Source of the DNA: Candidatus Korarchaeum cryptofilum OPF8
GTDB lineage: Archaea > Korarchaeota > Korarchaeia > Korarchaeales > Korarchaeaceae
Assembly (NCBI RefSeq): GCF_000019605.1
Contig: NC_010482.1
Coordinates: 1,530,001 to 1,562,000 of the forward strand
Direction of reading: 5' to 3'
DNA: 32,000 nucleotides
Below, one piece after another: positions 16,976-25,078 of the stretch. Every line of letters begins with the position of its first letter. Positions within the stretch are counted from its first letter, which is position 1. The translations under genes and the position numbers were made by a program. The notes under the pieces were generated by a model. It worked only from the letters and a program-made list of their open reading frames with translations. It did not search any database and was not told where the DNA came from.

Positions 16976-16976
16976 A

Positions 16977-17684
16977 ATGGGAAAGATGGGTGGATCTAGA
17001 CATTTGAAGAGCTTAGCAGCTCCCGGATACTATCCAATAGCGAAAAGAGAGAGAGTATGGGTCGTTAAACCCAGCCCAGGGCCTCACGCGATAGATGAGG
17101 GGATCCCCCTACTCCTGATAGTCAGGGATATGCTGAAGCTCGCGACTACAGCTAGGGAGGCCAGGAGGATCATAAGCATGAAGAAGATACTGGTAGATGG
17201 GAAGCCTAGATACGATTACAAGTTCCAAGTAGGACTGATGGATGTGATATCCATCCCGGAGATCGGTGTGAACTACAGGATGGTCCCGGATCCTCACAGG
17301 TTCCTGAGGCTCATCGAGATACCCCAATCCGAGAGTAAGATGAAACTAGTGAAAGTTATAGGGAAGAGGACGATAAGGGGAGGAAGGATACAGCTGACCT
17401 CCCACGATGGTAGGAACTTCCTCCTGGATGGAAGGGATGTAAAGCCCGGGGATTCTCTGTTAATAGAGCTCCCCTCCCAGAGCGTGATAGATCATCTCAG
17501 GTTCGATACGGGCTCCTCAGTGCTCGTGACCAGGGGCAGGATGGCCGGTCGCATCGGCAGGGTCGAGGGGATAGGGACGATAATAGAGATGAGAGATCTG
17601 GAGAACCCTGAGCTCTCTTATAGAGGAGTTAAGGAAAATCTGATCGTAGTAGGTAAGGAGAGACCTGTGCTTAAGCTGAGGTGA
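16977..17684 (+). CDS. rps4e: Ribosomal protein eS4
   Basis: MGKMGGSRHLKSLAAP... is typical of S4e. ATG at 16977 is preferred over the listed TTG at 16959 because it directly follows the rpl24 stop. Confidence 0.93.
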   Translation: MGKMGGSRHLKSLAAPGYYPIAKRERVWVVKPSPGPHAIDEGIPLLLIVRDMLKLATTAREARRIISMKKILVDGKPRYDYKFQVGLMDVISIPEIGVNYRMVPDPHRFLRLIEIPQSESKMKLVKVIGKRTIRGGRIQLTSHDGRNFLLDGRDVKPGDSLLIELPSQSVIDHLRFDTGSSVLVTRGRMAGRIGRVEGIGTIIEMRDLENPELSYRGVKENLIVVGKERPVLKLR

Positions 17685-17688
17685 TGGA

Positions 17689-18246
17689 ATGGAGGACCTG
17701 AGAGAGGAGATATTGAGGAGATGGGAGAGCAACCCGATGCTCATACCTAGGGTCATGGCTGTGACGCTCAACATAGCTGTTGGGAGAAGTGGGGAGGTAC
17801 TGACGAGAGCTGGAAAAGTCTTAGAGGAACTAACTGGTCAGAAACCAGTAGAAAGGAGGGCTAAGAGGACGATAAGGGAGTTCGGAATAAGGAAGAAAGA
17901 ACCTATAGCCGTTTCAGTGACTGTAAGAGGTAAGAAGGCAGTTGAACTCCTCGATAGAGTTGCTGAAGCAGTGGGAAGGAGGGTGAAAGCGAGTTCATTC
18001 GATGAGCTGGGGAATTTCGCATTCGGGATAAAGGAGCACATAGATATACCCGGAGTGAAATACAAGGCTGAGATAGGGATATTTGGGATGGATGTCATAG
18101 TTTCGATTGGGAGAGCCGGCTATAGGATAGCCAGAAGGAGGATAGAGAGGAGAAGGATCCCGTTGAGGCACAGGGTAAGCAGGGCTGAGTCGATGCTATT
18201 CGCTGAAAAGTACTTAAATCTGAAGGTAGTCCATGAGGAAGAGTAG
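17689..18246 (+). CDS. rpl5: Ribosomal protein uL5
   Basis: NPMLIPRV..VTLNIAVG...FGIKEHIDIPG is typical of uL5. SD GGTGAT is upstream. Confidence 0.95.
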   Translation: MEDLREEILRRWESNPMLIPRVMAVTLNIAVGRSGEVLTRAGKVLEELTGQKPVERRAKRTIREFGIRKKEPIAVSVTVRGKKAVELLDRVAEAVGRRVKASSFDELGNFAFGIKEHIDIPGVKYKAEIGIFGMDVIVSIGRAGYRIARRRIERRRIPLRHRVSRAESMLFAEKYLNLKVVHEEE

Positions 18247-18255
18247 GTGATGGGA

Positions 18256-18420
18256 ATGGCGAAGCCGAAGAAGAAGGTTAGGACTAAGGGTAAGGGCGCT
18301 TATGTATGTAGGAGATGTGGGAGAGTAGGATATGGGATAATCAGGAAGTACGACCTCTACCTCTGCAGGAGCTGCTTCCTCGAAGTTGCTCCTTTGATGG
18401 GCTGGAAGAAATACGAGTAG
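18256..18420 (+). CDS. rps14: Ribosomal protein uS14 (zinc-binding short form). It is absent from the supplied ORF track because it is under 60 aa.
   Basis: Hand translation gives [54 protein letters not shown], with CxxC...CxxC. It sits at the canonical position between uL5 and uS8. SD GGTGAT is at 18247-18252. An alternative ATG is at 18250. Confidence 0.9.
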   Translation: MAKPKKKVRTKGKGAYVCRRCGRVGYGIIRKYDLYLCRSCFLEVAPLMGWKKYE

Positions 18421-18429
18421 GTGATACTT

Positions 18430-18822
18430 ATGACGAGGCTAGATCCCCTAGCGGATGCGATGAGCACGCTCACGAACGGTTCAATGCTCGGCAAGAGGGA
18501 GGTCGTGATAAACATAGCCTCGAAACTGATAGGGAAGGTTCTCAAGGTATTGAAGGAGCACGGTTACATAGATGAGTTCGAGTACGTCGATGACGGTAGG
18601 TTCGGGAAGTACGTAGTCAGGCTGAACGGTAGGATAAACAAGGCAGGTGTGATAAAACCGAGGTTCCCTGTGAAGGTGGGCGAATTTTCAAGATGGGAGA
18701 AGATATATCTTCCGGCTGAGAACGTGGGCCTCATAATAGTATCGACGAATCAGGGAGTCATGACGCATAGGGAAGCGAAGGAGAGAGGAATAGGGGGAGT
18801 TCTGATAGCTTATTGTTACTGA
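18430..18822 (+). CDS. rps8: Ribosomal protein uS8
   Basis: [17 protein letters not shown]... is typical of uS8. ATG at 18430, downstream of SD GGTGAT, is preferred over GTG at 18421. Confidence 0.93.
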   Translation: MTRLDPLADAMSTLTNGSMLGKREVVINIASKLIGKVLKVLKEHGYIDEFEYVDDGRFGKYVVRLNGRINKAGVIKPRFPVKVGEFSRWEKIYLPAENVGLIIVSTNQGVMTHREAKERGIGGVLIAYCY

Positions 18823-18832
18823 GGTGATCTCG

Positions 18833-19381
18833 ATGAGGTATCCCAGGGTGATAACACTAGCTCTCGAGTCCGAGGTCCCCATACCTGAGGGCGTCAAAGT
18901 TGAAGTAGATGGGAGCAAGATAAGGGTATCCGGCCCTAAAGGAACGCTTGAGAGGGAGTTTCACAGCGAATTAATCGAGCTCTCCATCGAGGGTGGGAAA
19001 GTCAAGGTGAGGACCTACGGGAAGAGGAAATTCAACAGAGCGTATCTGGGTACTGTGACAGCTCACATAAGGAATATGATGAAAGGAGTTACAGAGGGCT
19101 TCAGGAAGGAGATGGTGGTGGTCTACGCTCACTTCCCGATAAAGGTCGAGGTGGATAAGGGGAGGAAGATCGTGAAGATATCGAACTTCTTAGGCGAGAA
19201 GCTGCCGAGATATGCGAGTATAGTCGGGGACACTGAGGTCAGGGTCGAGGGGGATAGGATATATATAGAGGGTATCTCCAAGGAGGACGTCGGGCAAACT
19301 GCAGCTAATATAAGGCTCGCGACCAAGATAAAGAAGAAGGACCCGAGGGTCTTCATGGATGGTATCTACGTGGTGAGGTAA
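18833..19381 (+). CDS. rpl6: Ribosomal protein uL6
   Basis: VKVEVDGSKIRVSGPKGTLEREF is typical of uL6. ATG at 18833 follows SD GGTGATC; the listed GTG at 18824 is less likely. Confidence 0.93.
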   Translation: MRYPRVITLALESEVPIPEGVKVEVDGSKIRVSGPKGTLEREFHSELIELSIEGGKVKVRTYGKRKFNRAYLGTVTAHIRNMMKGVTEGFRKEMVVVYAHFPIKVEVDKGRKIVKISNFLGEKLPRYASIVGDTEVRVEGDRIYIEGISKEDVGQTAANIRLATKIKKKDPRVFMDGIYVVR

Positions 19382-19382
19382 G

Positions 19383-19739
19383 ATGAAGGAGATGCTTAAG
19401 CTCAAGAAGAAGAAACCGAGGTTCCTAAATCTAGCGCTCTATCAGAAATTAGGCGCTACTAAGAGCTGGAGGAGACCCAGGGGATTGGATAATAAACAGA
19501 GGCTGAAGCTGAAGAGCAGGCCGAAGCAACCCAACATAGGCTATAAGAACCCGGATGAGATAAGGGGGCTCCACCCGTCCGGAAGGAGAGTGGCTATAGT
19601 CCACAACTCAGAGGAGCTGAGGAGGCTGTCGAGCGAGAGGGAGAGCGTGATAGTTTACATAGCTCATACTGTGGGTGAGAGGAAGAGGAGCATCATCAGG
19701 GAGGAGGCATCGAAACTCGGTTTGAAGCTAGCCAATTGA
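19383..19739 (+). CDS. rpl32e: Ribosomal protein eL32
   Basis: WRRPRGLDNKQRLK...GYKNPDEIRGLHPSG is typical of L32e. Confidence 0.93.
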   Translation: MKEMLKLKKKKPRFLNLALYQKLGATKSWRRPRGLDNKQRLKLKSRPKQPNIGYKNPDEIRGLHPSGRRVAIVHNSEELRRLSSERESVIVYIAHTVGERKRSIIREEASKLGLKLAN

Positions 19740-19750
19740 GGGGTGTCCAT

Positions 19751-20152
19751 ATGGATCTCGAGTATCAGAAGAAGCTCGCTGCTAAGGTAGCGGGTGTGGG
19801 ATTGGATAGGGTGAGGATAAATCCCGAGAAGATAGACCTGGTCTCCGAAGCTGTGACCAGAGCTGATATAAGGAGGCTGATAAGATCGGGGGCTATAGAG
19901 ATACTGCAGAAGAGGGGCATAAGTGGGGCGAGGAAGAAGCCCAGGAGGAAGGGACCCGGCAGCAGGAAGGGCGGTAAGTACTCAAAGTTACCGAGGAAGA
20001 GGAGATGGATTAGGAAGATAAGGGCATTGAGGAGAGAGCTGAGGAGAATGAAGGAGCAGGGTTTGATAGATTCTAAGGAGTACAGGGAACTATATGCCAA
20101 GCTATCGAGTTTCAATAGCGTCTCGCAACTCAGGGCTCACGTTGGGAGGTGA
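19751..20152 (+). CDS. rpl19e: Ribosomal protein eL19
   Basis: MDLEYQKKLAAKVAGVGLDRVRINPEK... is typical of L19e. ATG at 19751 is preferred over TTG at 19736. Confidence 0.93.
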   Translation: MDLEYQKKLAAKVAGVGLDRVRINPEKIDLVSEAVTRADIRRLIRSGAIEILQKRGISGARKKPRRKGPGSRKGGKYSKLPRKRRWIRKIRALRRELRRMKEQGLIDSKEYRELYAKLSSFNSVSQLRAHVGR

Positions 20153-20157
20153 GCGTT

Positions 20158-20745
20158 TTGGCGAGATCAGGTAGGTATAAGGTGAAGTTCAGAAGGAGAA
20201 GGGAAGGTAAGACGGATTATATGAAGAGATTGGCTCTACTAAAGAGCAGAAAGCCGAGAGTCGTTGTGAGGAGGACTAATAGGTATATAATAGTGCAGTT
20301 CATCGGGTTCAAAGGGGAAGGGGATGAAGTAATAGCGTATGCTTTCTCAAAGGAATTGGAAAAGTATGGGTGGCCCTATGGAGGGAAGAACCTCCCAGCA
20401 GCGTACCTGACTGGATATCTAGCAGCTATGAGAGCTAAGAAGGCTGGAGTTACGGAAGCGATCTTGGATATAGGCAGGTTCCCATCTACGAAGGGATCTA
20501 GGCTTTACGCAGCCCTGAAGGGGGTGCTAGATGCGGGGATAGATGTGCCTCACTCCCCGGAGATCCTCCCGGATGAGGATAGGATAAGAGGGGAGCACAT
20601 AGCCTCCTTCGCTGAGAAATTGGAGGAAGAGGGTTCCCTTGAGAGGCAATTCTCCGATTACCTCAGGAGGGGGGCGGATCCAAAGATCATCTCCGAGGCC
20701 TTTGAGAGTGTCTTGGAGAGGATATCGGCTATGAGTAACGGTTAA
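20158..20745 (+). CDS. rpl18: Ribosomal protein uL18
   Basis: (M)ARSGRYKVKFRRRREGKTDY is typical of archaeal L18. TTG at 20158 lies 5 nt after SD GGAGGTGA; the listed GTG at 20149 is the alternative. Confidence 0.92.
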   Translation: MARSGRYKVKFRRRREGKTDYMKRLALLKSRKPRVVVRRTNRYIIVQFIGFKGEGDEVIAYAFSKELEKYGWPYGGKNLPAAYLTGYLAAMRAKKAGVTEAILDIGRFPSTKGSRLYAALKGVLDAGIDVPHSPEILPDEDRIRGEHIASFAEKLEEEGSLERQFSDYLRRGADPKIISEAFESVLERISAMSNG

Positions 20746-20769
20746 AATTGATTATGGGAGGGAAGCTGG

Positions 20770-21402
20770 ATGTACGAGGATGCAGGAGTAGAGAGGGAGT
20801 GGGTGCCCAAGACATGGGTGGGCCGCTTAGTAGCTGAGGGTAAGATAAAGAGCCTTGAGGAGATACTGAGAAGAGGAATACCAATTCAGGAGCCTGAGAT
20901 AGTTGATATACTCGTTCCAGGGATCAAAGAGGAAGTCGTAGAGGTGATAAGGGTTCAGAGACAGACAGATGCGGGTGAGCTAACTCAACTCAGGGTAGTA
21001 GCTGCTGTGGGCGATGGAATGAATTACGTTGGCGTGGGCAAGGGAAAGGGGAAGGAGTTCAATATAGCTTTAGCAGATGCCGTGAGGAACGCTAAACTGA
21101 ATCTGATCAAGGTGAGGAAGGGATGCGGTTCTTGGGAGTGCGGGTGCGGGAGGCCGCATTCGATAGCTGCCGCTGTGACCGGGGCATCTGGATCCGTCAG
21201 GGTGACGCTCCTCCCCGCTCCTAGGAAGCTGGGTATAGTTGGGAACGAGACTGCTAAGATAGTCCTCGGTTTAGGAGGACTTCAGGATGTCAGAGTATTT
21301 TCTAAGGGTCATACGAGGAACAGGATGAACTATGCTTTCGCATTGCACGATGCCTTACGCAATCTGCTGGTTATGAACCTCCCCCAGGACTGGAGGGGTT
21401 GA
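20770..21402 (+). CDS. rps5: Ribosomal protein uS5
   Basis: 210 aa, EWVPKTWVGRLV...VVAAVGDGMNYVGVGKGKGKE, at the canonical position after uL18. Confidence 0.93.
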   Translation: MYEDAGVEREWVPKTWVGRLVAEGKIKSLEEILRRGIPIQEPEIVDILVPGIKEEVVEVIRVQRQTDAGELTQLRVVAAVGDGMNYVGVGKGKGKEFNIALADAVRNAKLNLIKVRKGCGSWECGCGRPHSIAAAVTGASGSVRVTLLPAPRKLGIVGNETAKIVLGLGGLQDVRVFSKGHTRNRMNYAFALHDALRNLLVMNLPQDWRG

Positions 21403-21475
21403 CCATCTCATTTTTTAAACTGAGGGACTGATTCCAGTGGAGCGCACCCGTTAGGCGCGGGGCGCACGATGGCGG

Positions 21476-21976
21476 GTGCGCCCGGAGGTGGTAAGCCTGG
21501 AAGAGATCCCTTTGATAGCGATAGTCAGGATAAGGGGCAGAGTTAATGTGAAGCCGGAGATAAGGAGAACTCTTGAAATGCTACACCTGAATAGGAAGTT
21601 CTGGGCGACCCTAGTGCCCCTAACGGACTCCTACAAGGGTATGATCCACAGGGTGAAGGACTACTCTACTTACGGTGAGATAGATGGGCCCACTCTCCTA
21701 GCGCTCCTCAGGGAGAGGGGTGAGCTCAAGATGGGCGGGAGCTTGAGCGATGAGTGGCTCTCCAGTAACACGGATTTCTCAAGCATAGAGGAGCTAGCAG
21801 AAGCTCTTCTCAGCAAAAGGGTATACTTACATAAGCTGGGATGGATAAAGCCATACTTCAGGCTCCATCCGCCGAAGGGAGGTTTCAAGAGGCCGACTAA
21901 GAGGGCTTGGAACGATGGAGGGGAGCTCGGATATAGGGGGAAGGAGATAAATACTCTGATCAGGAGGATGATATGA
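21476..21976 (+). CDS. rpl30: Ribosomal protein uL30 (start codon uncertain: GTG 21476, GTG 21488 or TTG 21512)
   Basis: IAIVRIRGRVNVKPEIRRTLEMLHLNR is typical of archaeal L30. It is preceded by an unusual 73-nt GC-rich spacer. Confidence 0.9.
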   Translation: MRPEVVSLEEIPLIAIVRIRGRVNVKPEIRRTLEMLHLNRKFWATLVPLTDSYKGMIHRVKDYSTYGEIDGPTLLALLRERGELKMGGSLSDEWLSSNTDFSSIEELAEALLSKRVYLHKLGWIKPYFRLHPPKGGFKRPTKRAWNDGGELGYRGKEINTLIRRMI

Positions 21977-22452
21977 TGAGCATACCCAGGAGGAGGAAGA
22001 AATCGAGGAAGATGAGGGGTTCGAGGCTCCATGGATACGGATTGCAGAGGCAGCATAGGAGGAGCGGGAGGATAGGAGGCTTCGGCATGGCCGGAACGAA
22101 GAAGCACTTATGGACATGGGTCACAGCATACGAACCGGACTACTTCGGGAGGGGAAGGAGGGGGTTCAAGAGACCTAGAGCTGTGAGAAGGGAGATCAGG
22201 AGCATAAACCTAGCTGACTTGGATAAGATGATCCCAGAGCTTCTGAGATCCGGAGTTGCCGAGGAGCGAGAGGACGGAAGGATAGAGCTCGACCTGGGGA
22301 AGATAGGATACAATAAGCTGCTCGGGAGAGGGGAGGTGAGCAGGCCCCTGCTAATTAAAGTTGAGAGCGCGTCCAAGAATGCTGTCAGCAAGTTAGAGAG
22401 TATGGGTGGGGGCGTTATATTAACGGAGGGGGATTCCGATGAGCCTGGTTAG
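21973..22452 (+). CDS. rpl15: Ribosomal protein uL15
   Basis: RRRKKSRKMRGSRLHGYG...GGFGMAG is typical of uL15. It overlaps the rpl30 stop (ATGA). Confidence 0.93.
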   Translation: MMSIPRRRKKSRKMRGSRLHGYGLQRQHRRSGRIGGFGMAGTKKHLWTWVTAYEPDYFGRGRRGFKRPRAVRREIRSINLADLDKMIPELLRSGVAEEREDGRIELDLGKIGYNKLLGRGEVSRPLLIKVESASKNAVSKLESMGGGVILTEGDSDEPG

Positions 22453-23842
22453 GCAAATAGTTTCTAAGATGAATAAGGGAATCCCGGAAGTCGAGAGACC
22501 AAAGAGGTCACCAACTCTAAAGGAGAAACTTGCTTGGACGGGGCTGGTCCTCATAGTTTACTATTTCCTCACTCAAGTCCCCCTCTACGGCGTGCCCAGG
22601 GGTGGCCTGGACTACCTCGCTCAGATAAGGGTGATATTCGCTGGTGCCCAGGGTAGCATAGTTGAGCTCGGGATAGGTCCTATAGTCACGGCTGGAATAG
22701 TATTGGAGCTCCTTGTAGGTAGTAAGATCGTTAAGCTAGATCTAACAGATCCGGAAGACAGGAAGTTCTTCCAGGAGGCCCAGAGGGTTGCAGCTATATT
22801 CTTCATACTATTCGAGGTATCTGCTTATACTTTGGGAGGGAGATTCGGAAATCTAACGACACAGCAGGCGTTAATGACGATAGCACAACTATCGCTCGGC
22901 TCCTTCCTCCTAATGATGCTCGATGACCTCGTAGCCAAGTGGGGGATAGGGAGCGGTATAAGTCTCTTCATATTAGCGGGAGTAGCCCAAGAGGCGATCT
23001 GGTCGATGTTCTCGCCCAAGATAGAGCCGACTACAAAGAGGTATGTAGGCGCCATACCGGCCTTAATAGCTGAGGGCGTTGGAGCGATATATAGAGGCTC
23101 CCTCCCGGGACTCGTGGGCCTAATATCGACGTTCGTAGTCTTCATAGCGGTCATATGGGCTTATGAAGTTAGGGTGAACATATCAATAGCTCACTCCCTA
23201 TACGGTGGTCTCAGGACTAAGTACCCAATAAGGCTCCTTTACGTGAGCAACGTCCCCATAATATTCGCCTCAGCCCTCCTAGGGGATATAGATATCCTCG
23301 CTAAGATCGCATGGTCCAGGCTGGGCTCCGAGACGAGCGGATGGGCCAAGTATCTCGTAGATTTCCTGGGGAGATACGAAGCGGATCCCGTTAGCGGGAG
23401 CGTAGTCCCAGTCCAGGGGCTGGCTTATTATCTCGCCACTCCTCATGGGCCCTCGGTCCTCGTTCAAGATCCGATAAGGGCCATAGTATACATAGTGATT
23501 CTGATCGCTTCATGCATGGCCTTCGCTAAGATCTGGGTGATGACAGCAGGCATGGATCCTAGGACTATAAGCGAGCAGCTCGTCAGGCAGGGGATAGTCG
23601 TCCCTGGAAGAAGGGCATCAGCGAAAGTAGTAGCTAGGACTATAGAGAAGTACATAGAGGCCGTGACTTACCTCGGAGGGATCTTAGTGGGCTTGCTCGC
23701 AGCACTGGCTAACTTCACAGGCGCCTTCGGTACTGGGAGCGGTATACTCCTCGCGGTGACGATAATAGCTGGACTTTACGAGAGGCTCGCCCAGGAGCGC
23801 ACGCTTGAGATGTATCCGAGGCTCAAGAGGTTCATAGGGTGA
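22439..23842 (+). CDS. secY: Preprotein translocase subunit SecY
   Basis: 467 aa with 10 predicted TM segments and GIGPIVTAGIVLELL (plug/TM2 region). It is at the canonical position after uL15. Confidence 0.95.
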   Translation: MSLVRQIVSKMNKGIPEVERPKRSPTLKEKLAWTGLVLIVYYFLTQVPLYGVPRGGLDYLAQIRVIFAGAQGSIVELGIGPIVTAGIVLELLVGSKIVKLDLTDPEDRKFFQEAQRVAAIFFILFEVSAYTLGGRFGNLTTQQALMTIAQLSLGSFLLMMLDDLVAKWGIGSGISLFILAGVAQEAIWSMFSPKIEPTTKRYVGAIPALIAEGVGAIYRGSLPGLVGLISTFVVFIAVIWAYEVRVNISIAHSLYGGLRTKYPIRLLYVSNVPIIFASALLGDIDILAKIAWSRLGSETSGWAKYLVDFLGRYEADPVSGSVVPVQGLAYYLATPHGPSVLVQDPIRAIVYIVILIASCMAFAKIWVMTAGMDPRTISEQLVRQGIVVPGRRASAKVVARTIEKYIEAVTYLGGILVGLLAALANFTGAFGTGSGILLAVTIIAGLYERLAQERTLEMYPRLKRFIG

Positions 23843-23846
23843 TCAG

Positions 23847-24350
23847 ATGGATCTTAGTTCAATCCTCTTCCCGCCAGGCTCCATAATCTTTCTCACATTT
23901 TTAGCGCTAGCCATAAGCCTTGGTGTTAACTTGATAAACAAGAGGACGATAAATTATGAGAGGATGAGGGAGCTTCAGAAAATAGTGAAGGAATATACAG
24001 ATCTTCAGAGGGAACTGATCAAGAATCCGGATGATAAGAGATTGAAGAAGAAGCTGGATAAGATGAAGCCTCAGTTCGATGCCGCTAGGGCTGAGATGAG
24101 CAGGATGAACATGAGACCCCTCCTCTACACAACGATACCTATAATCGTAATCTTCTGGCTCCTCGGGAACTTCTACGCGGACATTCCGGTGATAAATTTA
24201 CCATTTCCACTCCCCTGGATCCTGGATTACTTCCATAATAATGCGGGCCTCTCGAACCAGACCTTGGGTTATGTCGGTTATTACGTGATGGCATCATTCT
24301 TATTCTCGGCAATCTTCCAAAGATTATTCGGAACAACTCCATCAGAATAA
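23847..24350 (+). CDS. DUF106 / EMC3-TMCO1-like membrane protein (archaeal Oxa1-superfamily insertase candidate)
   Basis: 167 aa with the pattern TM, charged coiled-coil segment (RELQKIVKEYTDLQRE...KKKLDKMKPQ), then two TMs. It has the usual synteny downstream of secY. Confidence 0.8.
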   Translation: MDLSSILFPPGSIIFLTFLALAISLGVNLINKRTINYERMRELQKIVKEYTDLQRELIKNPDDKRLKKKLDKMKPQFDAARAEMSRMNMRPLLYTTIPIIVIFWLLGNFYADIPVINLPFPLPWILDYFHNNAGLSNQTLGYVGYYVMASFLFSAIFQRLFGTTPSE

Positions 24351-24464
24351 ATTTTCAACATAACTTTTCGATATAATAAAGATAATAATAGAGAATAGCT
24401 CCTTCTAGCTCCCATAACACTTAAAAATTGAGAATATATCCTTCCCCTGCCGCGGGGGTATAAG

Positions 24465-24764
24465 ATGCTCAGCGTGAACAAGAGGGGAACTAGGAGGAGG
24501 CTGAAGAAGGTAAGAGTAGCCGTCAGGACACCTGGAGGGAGACTGATATATCACTACAAGCACAAGAAGCACTCATATGCAGTATGCAGCTGCGGTGCTA
24601 GGCTCAACGCAACACCAACAGGTCCCAGATCTGTGATGTCCAAGATCCCCCTCAGTCAGAGGAGGCCCAACAGGCCTTACGGAGGCAACCTCTGCCCCAA
24701 GTGCATGAGGAAACTCATGGTCGCCTCTGCGGTCGCAGAGGGTCTGGCCCTCCTCGCGTCCTGA
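24465..24764 (+). CDS. rpl34e: Ribosomal protein eL34
   Basis: RVAVRTPGGRLIYHYKHKK...C.CG...NRPYGGNLCPKCMRK is typical of L34e. The C-terminal 16 aa are encoded by a GC-rich hairpin region. Confidence 0.9.
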   Translation: MLSVNKRGTRRRLKKVRVAVRTPGGRLIYHYKHKKHSYAVCSCGARLNATPTGPRSVMSKIPLSQRRPNRPYGGNLCPKCMRKLMVASAVAEGLALLAS

Positions 24765-24799
24765 GGGACGCGTTACCCGCTCGCGAGAGGGGTGTTATT

Positions 24800-25078
24800 A
24801 TGGGAGTTATCGAGGTAGGAAGGGTTTGTAGGAAGGTGGCTGGTAGGGAAGCCGGGAGGCTGTGCGTGGTAGTCAGAATAATCGATAAGAACTTCGTCGA
24901 AGCGACAGGGCCTAAGGAGCTGACGGGCGTCAGGAGGAGGAGAGTGAACGTGAAGCACTTAGTGCCCCTGCCCGTGAAGCTCGATATACCCGAGGGAGCG
25001 AGAGACGAGGAAGTGATTGAAGCGTTGAAAGGCACTGATCTCTACGAGAAGCTTCAGAAGGCTAGGGTATCCGGTTGA
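24800..25078 (+). CDS. rpl14e: Ribosomal protein eL14
   Basis: MGVIEVGRVCRKVAGREAGRLCVVVRIIDKNFVEATGP... is typical of L14e (KOW). The listed ORF start at 24701 is an artefactual N-terminal extension overlapping rpl34e. Confidence 0.9.
   Translation: MGVIEVGRVCRKVAGREAGRLCVVVRIIDKNFVEATGPKELTGVRRRRVNVKHLVPLPVKLDIPEGARDEEVIEALKGTDLYEKLQKARVSG

Noticed and set aside
18315-18575. 86-aa plus-strand ORF and 62-aa minus-strand ORF spanning the uS14/uS8 junction.
   Set aside because: They are out of frame with the clearly conserved uS14 (18256-18420) and uS8 (18430-18822) genes, and their sequences match no recognisable protein family.
24701-24799. N-terminal extension of the eL14 ORF (MHEETHGRLCGRRGSGPPRV...) overlapping rpl34e.
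   Set aside because: Conserved eL14 begins at MGVIEVGR (ATG 24800). The extension is translation of the GC-rich hairpin region in another frame of rpl34e.
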